Source of the DNA: Eledone cirrhosa
Lineage: Eukaryota
Direction: 5' to 3'
DNA length: 31,053 nucleotides
NCBI GenBank assembly: GCA_964016885.1
Contig: CAXHJY010000373.1
Location: 1 to 31,053, forward strand
Under the pieces are notes generated by a model, which was not told where the DNA came from, searched no databases, and worked only from the letters and a program-made list of their open reading frames with translations. Numbering within the stretch: position 1 is the first letter of the stretch; every line of letters starts with the position of its first letter. Positions 21,401-31,053 of this stretch are shown here, piece by piece. A program made the position numbers and the translations under genes.

Positions 21401-23170
21401 AGAAGGGTTGGTGTGTTGGTGTGTTAGTGTATTGGTGTGTTAGAAGAAGGGTTTGTGTGTTAGAAGAAGGGTTGGTGTGTTAGAAGAAGGGTTGGTGTGT
21501 TAGTGTATTGGTGTGTTAGAAGAAGGGTTGGTGTGTTAGAAGAAGGGTTGGTGTGTTGGTGTGTTAGTGTATTGGTGTGCTAGAGGAAGGGTTGATGTGT
21601 TGGTGTGTTAATGTATTGGTGTGTTGGAAGAAGGGTTGGTGTGTTGGTGTGTTAGTGTATTGGTGTGTTAGAAGAAGGGTTGCTGTGTTGTGTGTTAGTG
21701 TATTGGTGTGTTGGAGGAAGGATTGGTGTGTTGGTGCGTTAGTGTATTGGTGTGTTTGAGGAACGGTTGGTGTGTTGGTGTGTTAGTGTATTGGTGTGTT
21801 GGAGGAAGGTTTGCTGTGTTGGTGTGTTAGTGTATTGTTGTGTTTGAGGAAGGGTTGGTGTGTTGGTGTGTTAGTGTATTGGTGTGCTACAGGAAGGGTT
21901 GGTGTGTTGGTGTGTTAGTGTATTGGTGTGTTAGAAGAAGGGTTGCTGTGTTGTGTTAGTGTATTGGTGTGTTGGAGGAAGTGTTGCTGTGTTGGTGTGT
22001 TAGTGTATTGGTGTGTTAGAAGAAGGGTTGGTGTGTTGGTGTGTTAGTGTATTGGTGTGTTGGAGGAAAGGTTGGTGTGTTGGTGTGTTAGTGTATCGGT
22101 GTGTTTAAGGAAGGGTTGGTGTGTTGGTGTGTTAGTGTATTGGTGTGTTTGAGGAAGGGTTGATGTATTGGGGTGTTAGTGTATTGGTGTGTTAGAAGAA
22201 GGGTTGCTGTGTTGGGGTGTTAGTGTATTGGTGTGTTGGAGGAAGTGTTGCTGTGTTGGTGTCTTAGTGTATTGGTGTGTTTGAGGAAGGGTTGCTGTGT
22301 TTGGGTGTTAGTGTATTGGTGTGTTGGAGGAGGGTTGGTGTGTTGGTGTGTTAGTGTATTGGTGTGTTAGAAGAAGGGTTGCTGTGTTGGTGTCTTAGTG
22401 TATTGGTGTGTTGGAGGGAGGGATCGTGTGTTGGAGGAAGGGTTGTTGTGTTTGAGGGAGGGTTGGTGTGTTGGTGTGTCTGAGGAAGGTTGGGTGTGTT
22501 TGAGAAAGCGATGGTGTGTTGTTGTTTTAGTGTATTGGTGTGTTGGAGGAAGGTTTGGTGTGTTGCTGTGTTAGTGTATTGGTGTGCTAGAGGAAGGGTT
22601 GGTGTGTTGTTGTGTTAGTGTATTGGTGTGTTGGAAGAAGGGTTGGTGTGTTGGTGTGTTAGTGTATTGGTGTGTTGGAGGAATGGTTGGTGTGTTGGAG
22701 GAAGTGTTGGTGTGTTGGTGTGTTAATGTATTGGTGTGTTGGAGGAAGGGTTGATGTGTTGGTGTGTTAGTGTATTGGTGTGTTAGAAGAAGGGTTGCTG
22801 TGTTGGTGTGTTAGTGTATTGTTGTGTTGGAGGAACGGTTGGTGTGTTGGTGTGTTAGTGTATTGGTGTGTTAGAAGAAGGGTTGGTGTGTTGGTGTGTT
22901 AGTGAATTGGTTTGTTAGAAGAAGGGTTGGTGTGTTGGTGTGTTAGTGTATTGGTGTTAGAAGAAGGGTTGGTGTGTTGGTGTGTTAGAAGAAGGGTTGG
23001 TGTGTTGGTGTGTTAGTGTATTGGTGTGTTGGAGGAACGGTTGGTGTGTTAGTGTATTGGTGTGCTAGAGGAAGGTTTGTTGTGTTGGTGTGTTAGTGTA
23101 TTGGTGTGTTGGAGTAAGGGTTGGTGTGTTGGTGTGTTGGAGGAAGGGTTAGTGTCTTGGAGGAAGGGCG
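15457..23170. repeat. 7.7 kb G/T-rich satellite built from TTGGTGTG 8-mers and TTGGAGGRAGGG 12-mers
   Basis: Continuous array with very few C on the + strand. Variants TTAATGTG, TTAGTGTA and TTAGAAGAAGGG occupy distinct domains. Confidence 0.97.
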
Positions 23171-23176
23171 ACTATA

Positions 23177-26100
23177 CAAGTTGGATGTTTGAATGTACGT
23201 GGCTAGGACATGCCCTGGAAACAGGGCCAGCTTTTAAATGATTTCAGGTCACACTGTATAGATGTGATAGCCATCACCGAGTCCATGATTCACGACAAGC
23301 AGCAGCTAACCCCCATGTTCGATGATTTTTAGATCTACGCATCTCTCTGTCAGTCAGGAGGTGGGGGGTGCAGTTGCTGTTCTGTTTCGAAAAACCTTGG
23401 ATCTCAAAATACAGTGATTCACTTGGACCCGGAGGCCAGCCTGGTGGTCCTAGATGTGAATGGTAGTGAAGGTGGAGCTTTCAGACTGGTGGCCCAACTG
23501 GGACATCGCGACCAGAGTTCTTCAAACGTCTGGAGCCATTCCTTGGAACGTCTCGCTCCTTAGTGTTAGCGGGGGACTGGAATGGCATCTTAGACGCACG
23601 TTGGGACTATGTAGGAGCTTGTGATAATAGAGGGAGGGGGTGTAATAGCCTCAAAAGTCTGATCAGCCAATTCCAACTGGCTGATAGATATTGACTAGAC
23701 TTCCCAAGTGCACCATTGTGGACGTGGAGCAACCGCACTGGGTCTTCTAGATCGTATTTAGATAGATTTCTAATTAGACTGAATGCACATGGTTGCCTAT
23801 TCAGACCACAAATTAGTCACCTGCATAGTTAACCTTGATAGAATACATAGACAGGGACCCGGATACTGGAAGCTAAATATGTCGCTCCCGGCACGTAATG
23901 CCTACAGTAAACGGATTAGCACCTTAGTTAAGAGCCAGTTGACGGGGGCGATCGTGAACAACAGGTGGTGGAGCTCCCTCAAGAGAGCAATTAGAATAGA
24001 ATCGATAGCATTTAGCAAGGAAGTAGCTTTAGAAAAAAACAAAACTGAAAAGGAACTAGTAGCTAAAGTAGAAGAGGCACTTAGGAATGGCAGTACAGCT
24101 GACGTGCTAGCGGCGAGAACGGCACTAGACCAGTTCTTCAACGTGAAGCACAAAGGTTGTATTGTCAGAAGTAGAACACGTGTTCTAAGAAACGAGGGAG
24201 GCACAGCTGTTGGCTGGGCCTGAGTGGCAGAGGCGAAAAGCGGCAACAAATCTACAATTCGGTCTTTGCAAGACAAAGATGGACGCATTCTACTTGAATC
24301 CAAGCAGATGAGCACGGCCTTCCAGCAGCACTTTGCACAACTGTTCGGGCAAAGCGGTACGTCGAACGAGGTGATGGACTTCATTTCCTACCTCAACGGC
24401 CTACCACGACTCTCGAATACGGATGCAGAGAGCTGCGAAAGGCCGATCACAGCGAGCGAAATAGAAGATGCCCTAGGCTGCTGTGGGAAACGCAAATAAC
24501 CCGGTTTAGATGGTCTACCCTATGAGTTTTACATAGGCATGCCAGACTTGTTCTCTGGCGTCCTCGAAGCGGTCTACTGCAACTGGCAGCAGAACGGGAG
24601 GATTCCCAGTTCTGTAGCCAGAGGCGTAGTAACGCTGATCAGGAAAGATGAGAACAAGGGGGATGAGATAAGCAATTTCAGGCCCATAACTTTGCTCAAC
24701 ACAGAGTTAAAGATTTTGCCCAAGGTGTTAGCAACTAGGCTGGTGCTTGTCGTCGAGAACCTGGTAGGGGAAGTGAAAACGTGTGCAATCCCGACCAGGT
24801 CCATACACGACAACCTCCACCTCATGCGATACATCATACACAGGATAGGGTGTAAACCTGGCTTCCGTGGGGCTCTGATCAATTTAGATCAGTCTAAGGC
24901 ATTTGATAGGGTCGACCATCAATACTTGGAAGCGGTTTTCAATGCGGCGGGCTTCGGTCCCGTCTTTAGAGGCTGGATCACTGCCATGCACACCAGCATC
25001 TGCTCGGCAGTCAAGTGAATGGCTACCTATCGGATCCATTCCAAATCATGCGTTCCATCCGTCAGGGATGTCCTCTCTCCTCCGTTCTGTATGTACTGAC
25101 TCTCGAGCCATTACTGCAGAAGTTGGAGTTGTTGCAGGGCATCCCGATCGAACCAGGACTGCGGAAAGCGGCGTCGGCATATCCTGACGACGTAACCGTA
25201 ATGGTGTCGAAAACCTCGTAAATCGGGGTAATCGTAACCTATTAAAGGAATACGAAATGTTGACAGGAGCATGACTAAACCCAAACAAGTCTGTCGGTTT
25301 GCAACTCGGCACATAGAGAGGCAAACCCATGCCTTCCGACAGTGTCGTCGGACGCTGGACGGAAGGATCGGTGAAATTGCTCGGGGTCTGGTTTGGTCCA
25401 GACCTCCAGGTGGACAAGAACTGGAATGAGGTCACAGCGAAGGTGTTTGCACTCACCCAGAAGTGGGCTGAGTGCAAACTCTCCTTGAAAAGTCGAGCGG
25501 AGGTGGCGAATACTTACATAGCGTCCGTCATCTACTACCGCTTGACAGTCGTGCCTTGTCCTCGCGAACACCTCACCAAAATGGAACGCCTACTCTTCAA
25601 GTTCTTCTGGAAGAAACAGGCTTCATTGGTGAGGAGATCCATCTGCTACCAACACCCCTCTATCGGAGGGCTGGGCATGCCGTGGTTGATGATACGCAAA
25701 CATGCGCTGAGGCTACGCTATCTCCAGGTATTCCTGACCGGTGAACCGGTATGGCTGTCGTTTGTGAGACGAGCTCTTCCGCAACCTGTCTCACTAACAG
25801 AGCTGCAGTCCTGAGTCAAGTAAAGACCGAAAATGGGCGCCTGGCACCTCGAGTGCCTTCAGGCGCTCACAGCCCTCTACTAAGCGGAAACAGCACTCAG
25901 CGGAGACTCCACTTCGACATTCTATAGGGGATTAGTGGAGGATAAGTGCGATGATGTTCTCGGGGAAACTCTAGGCATCGAGGAGGACGAACTGACCAGT
26001 CTGTTCGGGAGGACCTCCGTCCAGGGCCTATGGATAACTTCCAGATGTCTCTGTTCTGGTAGTGCTACCGAGGAGCTCTACCATTTCGAAACAAAATCTA

Positions 26101-26781
26101 CAGGCACGGACGCCCTGGCAGAGATCCTACCAAAAGGACCTGTCGAAGATGCGAGCAGGACATCGAAACCGTTCTGCACGCAATTGTTCAGTGCCCAGGG
26201 GGTGACCGACCTGTGGAATTATGTCAAACAGCTACTGTCACGTGTGGGACGCATCCAGTTGTCAGCCGAGTCCATCGTGAGGATCACCCCGCCGCCTTCA
26301 TGAAGGAGAGGCGGTTTTCCTCTGTCTGATGGCTATGGCGAAAGAGGTAATATGGTTAAAAGGACTGAGAGCAAATACCTCTCTCCGGACAACAACTTAT
26401 CCACTTCTTTAAGTACCACTTCAGAAGGAAGGTGAGAGTGGAGAGAGAGGTGTTACACCTCAGTAAATTCGCTGACAGGTGGGTGACTGTGGCGAAAATA
26501 GCCCGAGTGAATGGGCCTTCTCTGTAGGTTGAGGAAGATAAACAGAGGGAAGACGGGAACACCTACAAAACGTGTTCCTGGTGTTGAGGGTTGTTCTATC
26601 CACGGGGTGTAAAACAACCCCGCAGTAACGTTTCCCCCTATTGGGGATTTCAATTGTTATTTTATTATATATAGTTTATTGTTATTTATTAATGTTAAAG
26701 TTGTATGATTTTTATGTAAAAGCCCCGCCGTCACGTCTTGTAATGTCCCATTTTTGTACGCCCTTGTGGCAAGCAAAGAAA
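23177..26781 (+). mobile_element. Decayed L1/Tx1-type LINE, copy 1 (ORF2 APE-RT-Zn finger plus 3' UTR; no ORF1)
   Basis: GDWN, SYLDRFL, SDHKLV, GPGYWKLN, NFRPITLLNTELKIL, LDQSKAFDRVDH, IRQGCPLS, YPDD and GGLGMP motifs, with many stops and frameshifts. The 3' end CCCTTGTGGCAAGCAAAGAAA precedes a (TATC)-like tract. Confidence 0.93.
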
Positions 26782-26839
26782 GATATCTATCTATGTATCT
26801 TTCTATCTATCATTCTACCCTCTAACATATCTCTCTATC

Positions 26840-27741
26840 TCGCCCAGATCCCTGAACGCGTCATACTGGATGATCAACATTACCGTTGAGGGTAGGCGGG
26901 CCTCGTGTTACCTCTGTGGAGCCAGAGGTCACCTGGGGGCTGTCTGTCCTCAACTTAATAAGAAAACCCCAATCCTGCCTACACCACCAACAACTGCACA
27001 ACCAACACAATCACCACAACCACCACTACAAAAACAACAACCACAGCTCAAACCAAAACAAAACAATGTCCAACCCATCCCCCACCCCCCACCCACCCCC
27101 ACTAAAAAAAAAACAATTTCCAAAACACCCGCACCGCAAACACAACCCGAAAATATACCCCGCCCCTCCAACGCGGAAGATGACCCTCGTTCGTCGTCAG
27201 ACGAGGAGGAACACTTCCACACAATCAAACGAAAAAAAGAAAACACACCTCAGACACACAAATGAAAACAACCCCTCCCCAAAACATAACACAGACACCA
27301 ACACAAAAGAGCACACAACAACAGCAAACAAAAAACACCACACAAAAACAAAAACATGCATACACCTACATAAACACAAGAAATAAAAAACTGCTAAACA
27401 TTGTGCACAACAAGAATTTAGTAAAAACCCAAGGGCCTAATTTCACCCAGGCAGGGGATTTCCCCCACCTCAAAATGATTAAGGCCCCAGAGGACACATA
27501 TAAAACACTAAAAAACAACTTTAAAGAGGACGTGCGCCCCCCCCCCCCCCCCCCCCCCTGCGTCGGGCCCATTAACCTCCTAAAAAACTTCGCCACCTCC
27601 TCCCCAAACACCCACACAACTCCAAACACCCCAACCACACAACACACTGATGCCCCTACACAAACCACCACCCCACCCAACAACCCATCCCCCACCCTCA
27701 TGGAAATTGTGCAGCCCGATACCCGGGACGCAGAGAGGTAA
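26840..27741 (+). pseudogene. LINE ORF1 C-terminal part (CCHC zinc knuckle, Pro/Thr/Gln-rich tail), frameshifted
   Basis: TVEGRRASCYLCGARGHLGAVC fits C-x2-C-x4-H-x4-C. The stop at 27739-27741 lies 24 nt before the ORF2 ATG. Confidence 0.8.
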
Positions 27742-27765
27742 GTGCCTTTTCTCTTCACCACCAAC

Positions 27766-30700
27766 ATGGCTATGCTAAGAGTGGGCTGTCTAAATGCGCG
27801 TGGCCTGGCCTCAACTTGGAAGCAAAAAATGCTTCTAAATGACCTCAGGTCCCAACGTATAGATGTGATGGTTATTTGCGAGGCCCGGATCAGCAACGTG
27901 CGACAGCTGGCCCCCACCTTTGATGACTTTGAGATGCACGCATATCTCTGTCAGCCCGGATGTGGGGGTGGGGTTGTCGTTCTGCTGCAAAAACATCGGG
28001 GTCTCGCAACAAAGACGGTACATTTGGACCCGGAGGGTCGACTAGTGGTTCTGGACCTTAGCAGTGGTGAAGTCGGAGCGTTTAGGTTGGTAGCCGTCTA
28101 CGGCCCTTTCGGGTCAATGCGGCCGGACTTCTTCCATCGTCTGGAGACTTTTCTAGGGACGTCCCGATCCTTGCTATTAGTGGGGGACTGGAATGGTATC
28201 CTAGATGCACGTTGGGACTACGTGGGGGCCTGTCCCGATAGAGAGGGGTGTAATAGCCTCAAAGGGTTAATCGGTCGATTTGACCTGGCCGATAGATATC
28301 GACTAGGTTTTCCGACTGCGCCAACCTGGACTTGGGCAAACCGCAGCGGATCATCTAGGTCGTACCTAGATAGGTTCTTAGTTAGAAATAAGGATAAGGA
28401 CTTTTTAAGTTGTCCAAAAATGCGCATGGTTGGCTATTCAGACCACAAGTTAGTGACCTGCATGGGCAACCTTGACAGAATGCATAGACAGGGACCCGGT
28501 TACTGGAAGCTCAACTTTTCCTTACCGGCAAGTAAGGCTTACAGGGACCGGATTAGCACTTTAGTTAAGGAGCGGTTGACGGGCGCCATCGTCAACAGCA
28601 GGTGGTGGGGATCTCTCAAAAGAGAGATTAGAGTAGTCTCTATAGAATTTAGTAAGGAGTTAGCCTCAACTAGAAATAGGAAAGAAAGGGAGTTGTAGAT
28701 AGTGTAGAAGAGGCAATTAGAAGGGGCGACGTGGCCAGAGTGCTAGCGTCGAGAACGGCCCTGGGCCAGTTCTTCGACGCGAAACACAAAGGCTGCATCG
28801 TCCGAAGCAACATACGTGCTCTGGGAAACGAGGGGACCAAAGCTGTTAGCTAGGCCCGCGTGACAGAAGCCAAAAGAGGGAGTAGATCCACTATCCGGTC
28901 TTTGCGAGACCAGGATAGACGGGTGATCCTTGAACCTAAGCAGATGTGCAAGGCTTTTCAAAAGCACTTTGCCAGATTGATTCGGAAGGGGCGGGGAGCC
29001 AGTTGGGGAAGTGGACTTCGGTCCATACCTCGACGGCCTGCCGCGTCTCTCGGACAGGGAGGCGAAGTCCTGCGAGGAGCCGATTTCAGCCGCTGAGATA
29101 GAAGACGTGCTGAGCCAATGCGGCAAACGCAAATCCCCGGGTCTCGATGGTCTTCCATACGAACTATATCTAGCTATGCCGGACTTGTTCCCCGATCTCC
29201 TCGAGGCGGTCTACTGCAACTGGCAACAGAACGGGAGAATTCCCTGTGCTGTGACCAAGGGCGTAGTCACGCTAGTGAGGAAGGACGAGAACAAGGGGGA
29301 CGATATAAATAATTTCAGGCCCATAACTCTGCTAAATACAGAGTTACAGATTTTGGCCAAGGTGCTAGCAAAGCGGTTGGCGCTTGTCGTGGGATCCTGG
29401 TGGGAGATGCGCAGACATGTGCTATCTCGTCCAGGTCCATCCACGACAACCTCCACCTCATGCGATACATCATAGAGAGGGTTGGGAACGAACCCGGCTT
29501 TGGTAGGGCCCTGATCAACATGGATCAATCTAAGGCGTTCGATAGGGTCGACCATGGTTACCTGGATGCGGTGCTAGCGGCGGCAGGCTTCGGACCCGTT
29601 TTCAGGGGCTGGATCAATGCCATGCACAGCAGCCGCATCTGCTCTAGGGTCAAGGTGAACGGCTACCTCTCGGAGCCGTTCGAAATCGCGCGCTCCATCC
29701 GACAAGGGTGCCCTCTCTCCTCCCTTCTGTATGTAGTGACTCTAGAGCCACTGCTGCGGAAGTTGGAGTTGTTGCAGGGCATCCCGTTGGAACCGGGATT
29801 GCGGAAAGCGGTGTCGGCCTACGCCGATTACTTAACAGTAATGGTGTCGACGGCCTCGGAAATCGGGGCGATTGGCACCTTACTGGAGGAGTACTAAAGG
29901 TTTACAGGGGCTAAGCTGAACCGGGACAAGTCGATCGGTCTGCAACTCGGCACGTGGAGGGGAAAATCGATGCCCTCCGATGGCGTCGTCGGGCGCTGGA
30001 CGGAGGGCCCGGTGAAGTTGCTCGGGGTCTGGTTCGGACCAGACCTCCAGGTGGAGAAGAACTGGGGTGAGGTAACGAAAAGGGTGTTTGCACTGACCCA
30101 GGAGTGGGCCGAGTGCAAACTGTCCCTGAAAGGTCGGGCGGGGGTGGCGAACACTTATATAGCGTCCGTCATCTACTACCGCATGACCGTCGTGCCTTGC
30201 CCAAGGGAAACGCTCGCCAAAATGGAGCGCGCACTCTTCCAATTCCTTTGGAAGAAGCGGGCTCCTATGGTGAGGAGATCCATCTGCTATCAACACCCTT
30301 CGAAAGGAGGGTTGGGGATGCCGTGGCTGATGATGCGTAAACACGCATTAAGGCTACGGCACCTCCAGGTATTCCTCACCGGTCAACCGGCGTGGGCCCC
30401 GTTTGTGAGGCGAGCCTTTCCCAGACTCGTCTCGCTCACCGATCTGCAATCCTGGGTCAAGCAAAGACCGAGAAAACTGGGCGCCTGGCACACCGAGTGT
30501 GCCCAGGCGCTCACGGCTCTCTGGCAGGCGGACCCGGCTGTCAGTGGAGAATCCACCTCGTCATTCTATAGAAGTCTGGTGGTTAGCAGGTGCGACGACG
30601 CCCTCGGAGAAGCCCTAGGCATGGAGGAAGACGAACTGGCCAACCTGTTCGGTAGGACATTCATCCCAGGACCCATGGATAACTTCCAGAGGTCCCTGGC

Positions 30701-30975
30701 CTGGCAGTGCTACCGAGGGACTCTGCCCGTTCGAGAAAGTCTCTACAGACACGGGCGCCCGGGTAGGGACCCCTCGAAAAAGATCTGTCCCAGATGCGTG
30801 TGCAACGAGGAAACCGTTGCACACGCATTGGTACACTACTCGGGCATTGCCGATCTGTGGGGCTACGTCAAACAACTGGTGTCAAGGGTGGGACCGATCC
30901 GGTTGACCACCGAGTCTATTGTAACGATCAAGCCGCCTCCCCTCTTCAAAAACGAAGAGGCGGTGTTTCTGTGCG
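27766..30975 (+). pseudogene. L1/Tx1-type LINE copy 2 ORF2 (APE endonuclease + RT + Cys-rich domain), disrupted and 3'-truncated
   Basis: MAMLRVGCLNARGL..ICEA..GDWN..YLDRF..SDHK, KSPGLDGLPYELY, DQSKAFDRVDH, RQGCPLS, YADY and CPRC..ETVAHAL. Colinear with copy 1, and breaks off shortly before the (TA)n tract. Confidence 0.93.
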
Positions 30976-31005
30976 TCCACCTGGTTCCTTACCACATTTC
31001 CTTCG

Positions 31006-31007
<2 letters not shown>

Positions 31008-31053
<46 letters not shown>
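31008..31053. repeat. (TA)n microsatellite
   Basis: Pure tract running to the window end. Confidence 0.95.

Noticed and set aside
15591-21759. Many W/C/V/G-rich ORFs
   Set aside because: They are translations of the satellite, open in all three frames.
15457-23170. Telomeric array
   Set aside because: No TTAGGG tandem; the array is interstitial with complex units.
27736-27743. Consensus splice donor AG|GTAAGT at the LINE ORF1 stop
   Set aside because: A single short motif with no supporting acceptor or transcript evidence.

Overview
This is a eukaryotic, repeat-saturated window with no recognisable host gene. The SINE family and microsatellite load suggest a cephalopod (Octopus-like) genome, which is an inference. 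Left third: a near-intact Helitron RepHel gene (2622-7390, one frameshift and one nonsense codon) inside a cluster of autonomous and non-autonomous Helitrons, with head-to-tail junctions and several local inverted duplications. Just after the RepHel stop codon lies a complete type I hammerhead ribozyme (7411-7533) with all core nucleotides and three helices, on the sense strand; this is the most notable find. Middle: a mariner-type MITE, SINE relics, a relic of a restriction-like-endonuclease retroelement, microsatellites, and a 7.7 kb G/T-rich satellite with higher-order duplications. Right quarter: two tandem, decayed L1/Tx1-type LINEs. All calls were made by eye; no database searches or folding calculations were run.
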